The notes beneath the pieces are model-generated. The model saw only the letters and a list, made by a program, of their open reading frames with translations, was not told the origin of the DNA and did no database searches. A program made the position numbers and the translations under genes. From Phoronis australis (Eukaryota; Animalia; Phoronida), in the NCBI GenBank assembly GCA_002633005.1, contig NMRA01000193.1:641005-705004 (forward strand): a stretch of DNA of 64,000 nucleotides, given 5' to 3'. This document shows positions 13,131-26,479 of the stretch, in pieces. Every line of letters starts with the position of its first letter. The first letter of the stretch is position 1.

Positions 13131-16100
13131 ACTAGAAAGATTATTGTCACGGCTTGACAACAATGGACTCTGCGATTGCGTATTACTGGGATTTTTATGG
13201 GAAGTTATTGATAGCAACCCGTTTACCAATATGAAAAGGAATTCTTTAAAACTGTAGGAGAAATTATATGTTAATATTTCGATGACCTTTCAACTAATTG
13301 ACCTCTTCCGGTGCATTAGGAGCCCCGATGAGGGGATAATTCTAAACTCAATTAAAAGTGTGGTTGATGATAAGAATCACCGATGTCTTACTTTAAGCAG
13401 TTCAGAATGATGAATGACTTGGTCAAAGTTTCAGAAGAAAAATGCACCTAATGACCCTATGGGTGCACCAAATGGCACGAAAATTTAGAAATCAAACTCA
13501 ATCGCATTTGGAAAACAGATTTGTAATTTTGAAGTCTCTAGCTAAAAATTTTAGTTTGCACTCAATGACCTTCGACCATTTTTTTCTGATTGGTTAAGCC
13601 TATTGCGTAGTAAAGTAAGGTGTTCAATTGGCATGTTGACTTACACCAGGGTACTGAAATTGAAAAGAATTCCTTGAAAAATGTAGGAGATATAACATTT
13701 TGAACGTTAGATGACCTTTGTGCTAATTGACCCTATCCGGTGCATTATAAGCATCTTTAACAGAATTATTGCAAAGCCCGTGAAAAGTGTGCTTAATGCT
13801 GAGTTGTCTAACGGTTGACACATCAGAATACTTGGTGAATAAAAAGGACTAATTTTCTGAAGAAAAATGAACCTAATGACCCCATGGTTGCACTAAATGA
13901 CTTGCAACTTTGTATTTCGAATTTAATTAGACGTACCAATCAGAGTTGTGAATTTGAAGTTTCTAGCTCAAAATTTTAGTTTACACCTAATGACCTTTGA
14001 CCTGTTTCATCTGATTGGATGATTCGATTACTTAGAAAAGTAACTTTTTAAATTGTCATGTTGACTTATACCTGTGCACCGAATTTGAAAAAAATAGCCT
14101 TAAAACTGAAGGAGTAGCAATTTGAAAAACTATATGACTTTTGCAACCAAACAACCTCTTCCGGTGCAATATGAAATATGATTATTAGGGACGAATAAAA
14201 CAACAAGAATAATGTATAGTTTAAGTTGTATTGGGAATTTCAGGGTCACAGCTCTACAAATAAATATTTCAAAGAAGGAACCAGATGGGTTCCTTAATTA
14301 CAAGATATAACACACACATTTCCGATACCCAAAGTACAATTGAGTATCGGATGCTAAGTGGCACAGGTTAGCATAGTACCAAATGGGTACATAATACCAA
14401 ATGGGTATTGGCCGATTGCCTACCAACTGGGTCGAGCAAAACGGCAAATTCAATAACAAGTACAAACTGCCAAATGGGCAAATATCATATAAAGTACCAA
14501 GTGGGTACACCAAACAGCCAACTGGGCTATAACAACCTGCAAAGCAGGTTTCAGGACAAGCTGAGTGAGCAGACCAGCCGGAGTGATAAAAAGAGATATT
14601 GGAAGGAACGTGGTGTTGTGGCTCAGTATGTGCCACATGGGCAGGGTTGTTCATGGATGAACAATCCTGTCCACCGCCACAACCCGCGTGGGGGCCGTGA
14701 CTCTGGTAGAGGAGTGGCAGGGGTTGGGGAAAAAAAGGTAGTCGGAAGAATGAGAAAGGGACCGATGGCATTCCCTGATTTGCCTCCATAATCATTGAAG
14801 CTCATCCCCCCTCTTCCGGAGTGGGGGACGGCGTTCGACTTGGGGCACAGCCCACGAGGACATTTTGGATTATATAACGAATCAAAATTTGTGTACTGTC
14901 AAAATGATGAATTTAAAGAACGTACCTGCACCCAATTTGGAGTTATTAAGCCTCAAAGCTGGTCGGAAGAAGAATAAGAAGAAGAACTAGAAAGATTATT
15001 GTCACGAGGTGACAATAATGGACTCTGCGCGTGCGTGTTTCTGGAACTGTTTTGGGAAGTTACAGACAGTAACCCGTTCACCAACATGAAAAGGAATTCT
15101 TTAAAATTGTAGACGAAATTACATGATATTTTGATGACCTTTCCACTAATTTACCTCTTCCGGTGCATTATGAGCACCGATGAGGGAATAATTGTAAACT
15201 CGATTTAAAGTTTGGTTAATGCTAAGAACCACAGATGTTTTATTTTAAGCAATTCAGAATACAAGATGAATGAATTGGTCAAACTTTCAGAAGAAAGATG
15301 CACCTAATGACCCCATGGGTGCACCAAATGACCTCTAGCTCAAAATTTTAGTTTGCACTCAATGACCTTTGACCTATTTTTTCTGATTGGTTAGGCCTAC
15401 TGCGTAGGAAGTGGGTTGTTCAATTGGCATGTTGACTAACCCCAGTGTGCTGAAATTGAAAAGAATTCCTTGAAAAACGTGAGATATAACACTTTGAACG
15501 TTAGATGACCTTTGCACTAATTGACCCTATCCGGTGCATTTTAAGCGTCTTTAGGAGAATTACTGCAAAGCCCAAGAAAAATAAGTCTATTGCTGAGAAT
15601 CACAGTTGTCTAACGGTTGACACATCAGAATATTTGGTGAATGTAAAGGTCAAATTTTCAAAAGATAAATGCACCTAATGACTCCATGTTTGCACTAAAT
15701 GACCTGAAACTTTGGATTCCGAATTGAATTACCTGTGCCAATCAGACCATTGAATTTGAAGTGTGTAGCTTAAAATCTTAGTTTGCACCTTATGACCTTT
15801 CACCTGTTTAGCCTGATTGGATTATCCGATTACTCAGAAACGTAACTTTTTAAATTGCCTTATTGACTTGTACCTGTGTACCGAATTTAAGAAGAATAGC
15901 TTTTAAAATAAAGAAGGAGTAGCATTTTGAAAATTACATGACCTTTGCACTAAATGACCTCTTCCGGTGCATAATGGAATATGAATATATAATGAATCAA
16001 AATTTATGCACTGCCTAACAACATAATTTAAATTTGAAGAACATACCTGCAACCATTTTGGACTTATTAAGTGTCAAAGTTGGTCGGAAGAAGAATAAGA

Positions 16101-17670
16101 ATGAGTCTAGAAAGATTATAAAGTTATTGACAACAACCCGTTTACCAATATGAAAAAGAATTCTATAAAACTATAGGAGAAAATACATGTTGATAATTTG
16201 ATGATCTTTGCACTAATTGACCCTTGCCAGTGCATTACGAGCCCTGATTAGGAAATTAATGTAAACTCGATGAAAAGTGTGGTTAGTGCTAAGAATCAAA
16301 GATGTCTCACTTTAAGTACTTTACCGTACAAAATTTCAGAAGAAAATGCACCTAATGACCCCATGTTTGCATCAAATGACTTGGGACTTTATAATTCAAA
16401 CTCAATTGCATTTACTAAATAGCTCCAAATCTTAGTTTGCACTCAATGACCTTTGACCTATTTGCTCTGATTGGATGACCCTATTGCTTAGTAAAGTAGG
16501 GCATTTGATTGGCATGTAGGTTAAGACCAATGAGCTGGAGAGAATTCTTTGAAAAGTGTGGGAGAAATCACCCTTTTAAAAGTACATGATCTTTGCACTA
16601 ATTGACCCGATCCAGTGCATTACAAGCCCTTTTAGAAGAATTATTGCAAAGTCCATAAAAAGTATTTTTAATTCTGAGAATCACAGTTGTACAAATGCTG
16701 ACATATCAGAATACTTGGTGAAGGGAAAGGTCAACTTTTCAGAAGAAAAATGCACCTAATGACTCCATGGTTGCACCAAATGACCTGAAACTTTGGAATT
16801 CGAATTGAAATTTAAGTACCAATCAGACCTGTGAATTTGAAATGTCTACCTCAAAATTTTAGTTTGAACCTAATTACCTTTGCCCGGTTTTATCTGATCG
16901 GATGATTCGATCACTTAGAAAAGTAACTATTTAAATTGTCTTGTGGACTTATACCTGTGCGCCGAATTTGAAAAAGATAGCTTTAAAACTTAAAAAGGAG
17001 TAGCATTTTGAATATTTCATGACCTTTGCACTTAGAAACCTCTTCCTGTGCATTAGAGGCCTGTTTGGTAGAATTATTGCGAAGTTCATGTGAAGTGTAT
17101 TAAATGCTGAGAATCACAGTTGTCTAACTGTTGGCACAGCAGACTACTTAGTGAATGAAAAGGCAAACTTTCCGTAAGAAAAATGCAACTTATGACCCCA
17201 TGTTTGCACTAAATGACCTGAAGGTTTGGATTTCCAATTAAATTATCTGTACCAATCAGACCTGTGAATTTGATGTGTCTAGCTCAATTTGCACCTAATG
17301 ACCTTTGACCTGTTTAACCTGATTACTACATTACTTAGAAAGGTATTTTTTTAAATTTTGTTATTGACTTATACCAGTGCTGCGCATTTGAAAAGAATAG
17401 CTTTAAAAATAAAGAAGTAGTAGCATTTTGAAAATTACATGACCTTTGCACCAAATGACCTCTTCCGGTGCATTATGGAAGGTGATTATATAATGAATCA
17501 AAATTCATGTATTGCCTAAAATCTTATGTTAAATTGGAAGAACATACCTGCAACCATTTTGGAGTTATTACGTGTCAAAGTTGGTCGGAAGAAGAATAAG
17601 AAGAATAAGATTAATAAAATTGGAGAATACCCAGGAACAACAGTACTCTGCGCTTGTACGCGCAGAGTAA
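13131..17670 (-). mobile_element. Array of three Helentron-type non-autonomous (HINE/DINE-1-like) units; unit 3' ends at 13131, 14986 and 16107
   Basis: Read on minus: 5' TT + hairpin ACTCTGCGCG-TACAA-GCGCAGAGT, (TTATTC)n microsatellite, ~430-bp tandem units, subterminal GCGCAGAGTCC, stem-loop ATTATTGTCAC-nnn-GTGACAATAAT, terminal CTAGT. Inserted in a T-run of the BEL element with no TSD. Confidence 0.8.
14186..14867 (-). repeat. Repeat family B, copy 2 (longest), nested in a HINE unit
   Basis: Flanked by GATTAT at 14180-14185 and 14868-14873; uninterrupted HINE units carry a single gattat here (e.g. aatatgattatataacc at ~39506). Confidence 0.85.
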
Positions 17671-19375
17671 AAAGGTCATTTTAACTTGGTTTGTGGTGAG
17701 TTCAATGGTAGCAGCTGGCTTTTCTATTGCACTATTAGTCCGATCTCCAAAGGTAGCCAAGTTAATCTTTGCAGTAGGTCAGATGTTTTGGTTGATACCC
17801 AATTTCTCAGGAACGCGGTGGGTCATTGACGTGCGTTGGGATCCATCGTCAAATAATATGTTAACTCGGGCACGGGCTGATCCTCTTGATATGGAGGGGC
17901 ACTGGCTGTTCCTCTTCATACGAAGGCGACGACAGACTTCAATAAGATTGGTCCTGACGTGGGTGTCAGCTTCGCTTGTTTATCTTGGAGGGTTGTACTC
18001 GTAGGCGTCTTGGCAGAGGATTTCGCTGGTTGAATCGAACGGGGAATTCGGCGGCGATGGTTGATTCATGGTGGCATTGCACGATGAGGTGTGGTGTTTC
18101 TGTACACAGTTGCGACAGGAGAACTTTGATAGGCAATCTCGTTTCAGGTGTCGGTCAGATAAATATTTTAAGCAAAATCGAGCTTGTTGCACGATGTACT
18201 CTTGTCGTTTTTTGACATCGGTCACAGATGTACACTGATTAGCAGTCTGACGTTGGTCACAAAAAATACATGGGTGTGAGCGCTGGGGCGGCTGTCTATG
18301 TTGCGAGTTCTGGAGGTGTTGTTTCTTGGGTTGGGGTACTTCCGTGGAGTGTATCCCGGCTGAGGGGGCCGTCTATTGCCACTCGGAGTTGAAGCATAAG
18401 TTGGCCTTGGGCGATTCCCAGCATAAAAAGCAGAAGTCGCATACATGTAAAAACCTGTACTTAATCAGTAGTTAAAGAATCTCCAGTTTGGTTGGCCTTG
18501 CTCTCCTTGTCAAGGGCATTCATCAGTTGTTCGACGGACCATTTTTCTCCGACATGGTCACGATTAAATTGAATTAGCACATCTTTGAGTATCTTTTGGC
18601 GTATGATGGTCACAAGCACTTGGTCCTGGGCGGCGACTTGTCCTAGGTTCTCTAAACCACGTAGGCACGTATTAACATTAAGCTGTCATGGAATCGACAT
18701 AAGTTGGCAGATGAGGGGGCAGGGATGTTCAGCAGTGCTGTAGTGTAATGAGTCACTAGATCTTCAGTGTTACCATACCTGCCATTCAGTTGCTTCAATG
18801 CGGCTTCAAAGGAATTGTTTGTTAGTAGACTTTCTATGACTTTGGCAGCGTAACCAGATAGTTGAGCACGTAAATATTGCAATTTCTGGATTGGGGCAAG
18901 GGTGGCATCTTTATGAATAGCAGCTTCAAATGAGTGGTGAAATTCTAACCATTTCAGTTGGTCTCCAGAGAACACGGGTAGATGCAGTTTTGGGAGGTTG
19001 ATCGTCATCTTGGGCGGGGCTTTGGTCGGTGTTGGCGTAGTTGTCGAGAAATTTGACTTACTTATAGGTGTGCTTTGACATCGATTTGTCTTACAGTGGA
19101 ACCTCATGTCCCGAACCTGATTTTCTATTTCATCTAGGTATGACTGCATTTCTTCTGGATACGTAGCTAGCTATCTGGTTAGGGTCGATGTATTGCGCAT
19201 ACTTGTTGAACAGTTCCGTTACTGTTTTGATCTTTCCGTCTAGATCATCAATGTGTTTCGCAAGTCGTAGTGTCGCGTCCTGTGTGTCCTGGTCGTGTTC
19301 CAAAAGTTTCTGAGAGGCTTTCACAATCTATGTGATTTGCACTTTGATGGCTCTCCTTCTGAAGAAGTTCATTCT
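17671..19375 (-). mobile_element. BEL/Pao retrotransposon gag (DUF1759-type), zinc knuckles and aspartic protease; pseudogenised
   Basis: LPKLHLPVFSGDQLKWLEFHHSFEAAIH...IQKLQYLRAQLSG (18652-19149); knuckle-like CLKYLSDRHLKRDC and CRNCVQKHHTSSC; protease motif ILFDDGSQRTS (~17828-17860). Confidence 0.92.
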
Positions 19376-19378
19376 GGC

Positions 19379-19399
19379 ATCTTGGGTCACTCGGCACCA
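19379..19399 (-). promoter_or_regulatory. Degenerate tRNA-His-type primer binding site of the BEL element
   Basis: Minus strand TGGTGCCGAGTGACCCAAGAT resembles the complement of the tRNA-His 3' end (TGGTGCCGTGAC...), 4 nt after a CCACA end and just upstream of gag. Confidence 0.6.
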
Positions 19400-19403
19400 G
19401 CAA

Positions 19404-19850
19404 TGTGGAGAATACGGCACCAGTAACATGGGGATAGGTCGTGGTAGTATAGTTGGGTTACCTGGTTCTTGGTTGAACGGTAGATAGTTGGCTAACAAGG
19501 TAGCAGCAGTAAGTCAATGGAGAGCAGCATGAAAACTAACACAGTCGTTTGGTTTCTACGGACACACAAGGTTTATTAACTGTAGATACAATATATTTAG
19601 TGAATAGAAATATGTGTGGGTTGTGAGTGCAAAACAACAACATCGAGAGTTCGGTGATTTCATCCAACTCATAAACATGAATGAAGTCTGGACAGCTGTT
19701 TGGCATATAGCATTTCACTATGAGTGGGCACTGGTCAGTGACATAGTAAACAACAACATAATATGTCCAGGAATTGTTATGTAACGTAAACTGCTTTGTT
19801 GGGATAGTTGTACGTCATAGGAAATGTTGAAACTTGCACTTAAATAACAT
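19404..19850 (-). mobile_element. Putative 5' LTR of the BEL element (distal boundary uncertain)
   Basis: Ends in CA next to the PBS; minus-strand AATAAA at ~19572; no second LTR available for confirmation. Confidence 0.4.
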
Positions 19851-20017
19851 CATAAGAATTCATGACAGCCTGAAACATAGCTAAAATTGATGCGTTACAA
19901 CGAATCATTTTATGGGAAAAGTCATCTTAAGCATCAATGAACTGAAAACAAAAACAGACCAATGTTTCGAATATGATTTTTAATCCAAGGTTTTATCAAT
20001 GGAAAGTACCAAATTTT

Positions 20018-20330
20018 GGGTTATTCTAAAACCCCATCGACCCCCACAACCTCCACGACCCACAATTCCCCTCGACACACAGCCTACGGCATTAGATTTA
20101 AATGCGCATTTCATAATCATATTACTTCGCTGAGTGTCATAACACTTACCTATACGCGAATCAGCTGTGGCTCAAGGCTTAGTGGGTAAAAGGTGAAAGT
20201 GGCGTAAGAACATGATCTGAAATACAAATTATTGTGATCGTTGTCACGAGAATAGTTCCACGAGCTGTTACCAATGACCCTGTTCTACCATGGTTTTATT
20301 AAAGTTAAGGAGAAAGTAAATTAACGAGAA
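20018..20330. mobile_element. Partial copy (one arm) of the TIR element at 27420-28917
   Basis: Begins gggttattctaaaaccccatcgacccccac; 20115-20270 is similar to the reverse complement of ~28700-28865. Confidence 0.65.
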
Positions 20331-21429
20331 TACACATAATTTCACATTTTATTACTTACTTTTTGTCGCATACTCGTTTGCAATTTCCAGCGCCGCAGCT
20401 CTAACAGAGGACCCCGTCTGAGATAACGACCCTAATACGAAGCGCATGCTGTACAAATACTCCAGGGTACCTCCATAAAGTGACAGTTGATTCCATCTCA
20501 CAGATTCCGTCCTCGGATCATCCGGCCTCATTCCATCATTCAAGCCACCTCTTTTAACAGAGGGTTGTACGATTTAACAAAAACAGATAAGAGTGACAAT
20601 CGATTCCGTCATTTGAGGACCTCAGGTGAGCGACTTCAAAAATCATATAAATAAGGAAAACAGTAAATTGTTGACATGTATGGCATCTCCTCCCAGATTT
20701 TGGATTGTTTAACAAATGATATACAATTTCAAAGAAAGCTCGGAAAAAGGAGCGGTTTTACTACATTTTGTCAAAGAGGGATCCATGAACTGCTTCTCAT
20801 TACCTAGAAATTGTCTGCTAAAATTTAAAAATCTGAATTGGTTTGCTCTCTCGGACATTTCAAATATGTATGCGACATTTTGGGGACTTGCAATAAAAAT
20901 ATACTGGTCAGGGCGTCTAAAGGGTTTTAGATGATAAATGGTCAGTAAATGATTAAATGGTTCTCTCTTTTCTACACCGTTCACAGCGCTTTTATTTTCT
21001 CAATTGCCCCGTCCTTGCCCTACGCCGGTATCTTCTAAGGTTTGGCGCTCTCGTCTGTAAATTATTAGAGCAACGTACCTGGAGCCAACGCCGCATCCTC
21101 TGTTGCTATGTTATTGGGGCATTTCCCCCCTCCCCCCAAACTCATGAGTGGCAGGCGCTCGCCCCCCACACTTCCTACGCCTATAAATGATACGTTTTTA
21201 GTAACATTAAATTTAATAAAATGGACATTAAATTGAAAGAAAAAATGAAATATTTACAGTATACACACCGAGAAACACAATTGCACTTTTAAATGCTCTA
21301 TTGTTAATTAAAGTGACTACTGCTACGGCACATAAAATTTGAAATTATTTAGAGTTCAGGAAATGGCTGAGTTAATCAATATGTCTAGTCGTGTTGCTAA
21401 AAGCTCTAACGATAATTATCGCCAAGGGC

Positions 21430-22200
21430 CTGGATAAGTTTGGCTCTCTTCTTCCCATTTAGGGAAATAAAAGAAAAAATGTGATTGAACGTTTTTATTA
21501 GATGGTTGGCCACAAGCACAGTGTGGAGGAGCGCTTAGAAGATGTGAAACTGTCCAGATCTAAGATTGTTGGCTTGCATACAGCTGGTTGGTGTTTGAGA
21601 TGTGTCTTGATTTACTTTTCGGAAGATTTGATTGTTTGTGATACCGATAGCGTTATTAAGTAGAGTATTCCAGATGGTTTTTGCTACTAGTATTATAGTG
21701 TTTCTGAAGGAAGAATAATAATGTGGTATGCAGTTCGTAATTATTCTTAAATCATATCTTGTCCCTATTCGTGTTTACTTGGTAAAAATTAGTACATGTT
21801 TGTTAAACGGCATTCTTAATCTTGAACATCGCCATCACGGATTTCTCTTCATCACTGTTAGTACAGAGTAGGTTCTCTTAAAAACCTACTGACATTATTA
21901 AAAGTAATTCGTATCATTTCTGCTGTTTGCAAATAGTAATTTAGACTGGCATATATTTACATGTACTACTTCTCATCCGCACATGGATTCTTTAAAAATA
22001 TCAACCACATTGCGTATTAGTCCATGATCACTGTATTTCAGCTGACGTGTATATAATGATCGATATTTTTCTGTTAGTTTATTTGCATGAACAAGTAATT
22101 TGTGCCACCCACAAAAACACTTAGTAAATTGAACGTGTTATTTGTGTTATGGATAACCTTGTAGAGGCGTGCATGTTACGTTCGCCTTTCGAATAACCTA
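21430..22200 (-). mobile_element. Highly decayed LINE 3' end
   Basis: Only weak motifs (LQTAEMIRI, KTIWNTL) typical of CR1/L2 ORF2 C-termini. Confidence 0.35.
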
Positions 22201-23050
22201 GGCCAACTGGATGCGTCGAGCATGCCTTTGTTTTTTTTGAACCCATTGTCATGCCTGACACCAATAGTGTCAATTGCATCGCACAAACAGTGTACTTCTA
22301 GGGCAATTTATAAGTATCATAAAAATGACCACTACATGACAGAAAATTATTCAAACCATTTGAAAACAGTATGGACTCATTGTCTCCCTGTAATAGAAAC
22401 CTATTTGCCATGTGAAAATACGTCCGGGAACTCCAAAGATATAGACGGTAACGTAAAAGTGAATTGCCACCATGAGACACAACAGGATTTGGATCCATAA
22501 GAAAGAAGTTGCATCTGTTGCCATACTTGTAGGATCCTTCAAAGCTTTTAGGAAATACAGCTATGGATGTAAAAGAACAAAATTACCCCTACGGCAATGC
22601 ACCAGTCACAAAATTGCCACAGTGCCCAGACTAGTCCGAAAGACATCGGCCGGAAGACATCTACCAATTTGCGTGATGATTCTTGCACTTATTTAGCAGA
22701 TTGAAAAGATGGCGCCTAAAAAGAATCGAAAACAGTAAAATGAGCGCTAGGTGGCACAGATTACGTCGAATTTATGCGAAAATAAGAAAGTAGCGTTGTT
22801 TCTTTTTGAAATAGATTTCTATTTACCAAATTTCATAAAAATCCGTCGAGGAACTCCCAGGATGCAAATTTTAAGAACATTACCACTAGGGAGCACGCCG
22901 GTAGACAGATACATTCTGAATATTTGTCATGACATCACTTTGTTGTAGAAACACGTTTGTAAAATTTCATACACATCCGGCATCCATTGGTACTGCAGAT
23001 ACAGAAGCAGTCGCCGGACGTACGGGGTTGACAGCATAATGTGCTTGCAT

Positions 23051-23193
23051 CATGGGCGGCGCACCGTAGGGGGCTGGGGGGGCTATAGACCCCACTTTTT
23101 TCAGTGCTCCGCCGCACGTGGTCATAGGCGGTGCACCACAGGGGGGCTGAGGGGGCTTTAGCCCCCACTTTTTTCAGTGCTGCGGAGCCCATG
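23051..23193. mobile_element. GC-rich MITE with an internal ~70-bp tandem duplication
   Basis: Termini CATGGGC ... GCCCATG; two copies of ggcg-cacc...ggggct...cccacttttttcagtgct. Confidence 0.6.
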
Positions 23194-23255
23194 TGTATGT
23201 ATGTGTTTGTGTGTGTGCGTGTGTGCGTGCGTGCGTGCGTACGTGTGTGTGTGTG
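23192..23255. repeat. (GT)n/(GTGC)n microsatellite
   Basis: Visible directly. Confidence 0.9.
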
Positions 23256-23257
23256 TT

Positions 23258-23517
23258 AACGGTTAACGGACTGCCAAACACGGTTTACGGACAAAATGTA
23301 GATGTCAGTTGACCCAGGAAGCCGATGAGTCCGTGACCCGTGCTTGGCGGTCCGTTCATCGTGTTTCTTCGTGAATGTGAATCCGTGTCCGTGTATTTGG
23401 GAAATGGATAGTGTTTTGTGAGTCCGTTCCCGTGTTTGTGAGTCAGTAAGCGGTGTTTGCAGATACGTGAGTCGTGTTCAAGCGTCCGTGACCGTGTTTA
23501 TGAGTCCGTTAACCGTT
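23258..23517. mobile_element. MITE-like element with (T)CCGTG subrepeats
   Basis: Inverted ends AACGGTTAACGGACT ... AGTCCGTTAACCGTT. Confidence 0.55.
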
Positions 23518-26479
23518 TAGTTTTGGTAACTTGAACACCGCCAATGATTGCAAGACATAAGACTCATTTGACTAATGAAAATAGTGGTTTTGTACCTCTG
23601 AAGGAACATAGCCAACATAGATAATCACGCTATCAAGCGACCAAGACATTTTGTTCGCAAATAACAAGTGAGTGATTTCTTTAAAAAATGAAAACAGTTC
23701 TGTAATATTGAGATCTTGAGTTACTTTCATATGACAAACAAATAAAATAATCGAATCGTCATGATCCGCCAATCGGTAAGTGCGATTTGATTATCTATTC
23801 GTAATCGTTTCAGCTCTAATTATTGTGTGTTTGTGACGTACCCTATGCTTAGCTACGAATGGATCACTACTTTTAGGTGGCTACAATCCGTTTGTTATTC
23901 CATTTGTCATCAAAACTTTTTCATATTTTAACATAAATAGTCTTGCCCAATCTACCACAAATGTAGATAAAACGTAGTCGTGGCGATTATGCAGGAGCTT
24001 TATCATCGAAAGACCCGGCCTCCGCCATGTTTCTGCTAACTACCAAAAACAGTACGGAACATGCTGCTATTCACATTAAAGAGTCTCCGTTGTCTTGGAA
24101 GTCTGGTGGCAATTGAATGCAATTTATTTTAATGCTGTTTTGTGTAGTCCATGTTCCCTGGCATTAATTAGAAATTCCTAATTCACGTCAGTCATTCAGT
24201 TATTTATCAACTCATTCGTGCAGATCTCCAGTTTGAAGTATATAGCATAATTATTATTCTTATGCTGCATCTTCATCTGCCATGTACAGTGAGGTCTATA
24301 CCACTGTTCCAAGTCACTGTATTTGTAATCCCTGTGTTCCTTAACTGGTGTCCTCTGGTCCCCATGTTCCCCTGGACGTTCTGGTGACCCTAGGTTGCCC
24401 CGTCCCGATGTTCCCTAGCTGGCTATGTATTGTTTCCTCTAGACGTTCGTCCGGATCTACGTTTCCCCGTCCCGGTGCACTCCCAACTTACCCATAGTGA
24501 AACGTCCGTAGGAAATCACTTCTTTGTTTTAATTATCTAAATATGTATTGCAAAGTAAAGTCGAAGATCCTAGGGTTGAAAAGTTGGTGAAGATCCCGGC
24601 CAACTCGAGGAGTAACTCCACTAGAAAAATCGCATGCTGATATTGTCCAATCGTATTGCTTTCAATGGCGCATTTATCGAGCTGTGAACAATTTTCAGTA
24701 TTGTTGTATTTCAGTTTAGCGATTGCTATCATCAAGTCAAACTGGAACTATAGAACATGAAACAAACTGGAATTGCTTGCCATCTTTTATAACTTACATT
24801 ACTTAATTTTCCATAAACATCATAATCTAATGCTCCCCTTGCAAGAGGCAAGCCCAAACATGCGTCATATATAATACATTATTTCTATAAAAGTTTTTTG
24901 TTGCCGTTTTGAAGAACTCGCCTAGGCTCATACGCCATAGGAACAATAAAATCTCACCATTTAAACGCAGAAATTATTAACGAGTGGTGGGACATCTGAA
25001 ACACAAACATGCGGCATTAATAATGCATCTTTTCCATACAAATTCTTTGTTACCATGTTCCCCGATTCATGAATAATTTCGGCGTTTAAAGGGTAACAGT
25101 TTGGAGCACGGAGTATTGGGTTATTCGGTACATTATAAAAACAGACCTGCAAATTACCTACAAGGTTTGAACGGAAAACAGAAGGCCCTCTCTGAACATT
25201 ACATCACTTAATGCCCTGCTTTCACAGAGTTGGGGTAGTCGGGAATCCTCCATAATGTTTATGCAATGATGGTAACGGTGGGTGTTTGAGCGCTTACATA
25301 CTCACACTGATTAAGAGCTAATGAGCGCTGTTTACACGGGATGAAGGGATATTCTGAAGGGCTGTCTTGCGACACTGGCGATTCTGAATAATTAGCATCG
25401 ATTGAAGACTTTCAAGTGCATATTTGCAACTAATCAGCGATTCTTCAAACCGTGAGACTGCTAGGGGCGCGACTTACATTCCCACAAGGTGGCGTTGTGG
25501 GCCGTCAATTTGCGATTGTATGATCAGCGCTATGGTAGCAAATCTTACAAGGTTGCTAATCTAGCGATTAATCCAATCCCGCGGGCTTATGGAGACATGA
25601 AGATGGGAGAACATAGGGCGGAGCCATCGGGCGGGGAGGGCTGGGGGACATCGCGATTGGAGAACAGCGATTCGAAAACATTGAGATGGGGGAACAGCTA
25701 GCGGGCCTACCCCCAGCATAATGTTTTAAAGATCATTGACCTGGAAAAATAAGACAAGAGAATCAGCAACCAATGGTAGAGAGTCATAGTTTTGTTATTT
25801 ACTGTTTGTAAAAGAAAGCTGTTAATGGGAGTAACAGAGGTAAGCTATGAACTTCTAATTTTCATTTTATCCAGGACCGTGGTACAAATGTCTGTCCTTA
25901 AACACACAATGTCTTAAAGAACTGGTGAAGTTTGTAGTCAATTTTGTTTTTTGCCAAAAAATAGCAAATGCAAAATTAAATTTGGTTAGAATGTATTTAT
26001 TTAAAACTTGACTTGTTAACGAATGAAAAATGCACAAATCCTCAACATTTTTCAGCCACTCATCTCCATGAATATAAACATGTTTTTAAGTTTAGAAATG
26101 ATCTTTGCTTTCTGCCTATTTATTTCCTTCTTGTTTGCAAGCCTAGGCTTTACATTCATAGGTGTTTAACAACACCAATGACCGACAAGCTACAATCCGT
26201 GATTGCAAAGCTGGTCAGGATGATGATTTGAGTGACAGGAAACAATAGAGAACTAGAACCAGGAGTCAGTGAGCTTGTGATCATATTTTCAAAATTCAGT
26301 TGACATGCGAGTTCGCAACAATCACTAATAACTGCAGAGGTACCGCAATTTGAGAACCAGTTTTTTCACTGTATGATGGTCATCAAGCTGGTTCTCAAAA
26401 TAACGGACCCCTGTAAGTGACTATATTGCTCCCATGGGAATACTAAAAGTCATGAGGCAATGACCGTAATCAGGTTGGC

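Noticed and set aside
14298-14805. Overlapping ORFs on both strands, similar to ORFs at 9656-9991, 30728-31003 and 53942-54265
   Set aside because: They recur only because they lie in repeat family B; frames and stops differ between copies and no domain is recognisable.
13131-17670. CRISPR-like or regularly spaced repeat array
   Set aside because: The sequence between the conserved motifs is itself repeated (~430-bp units), there are no unique spacers or cas genes, and the context is eukaryotic.
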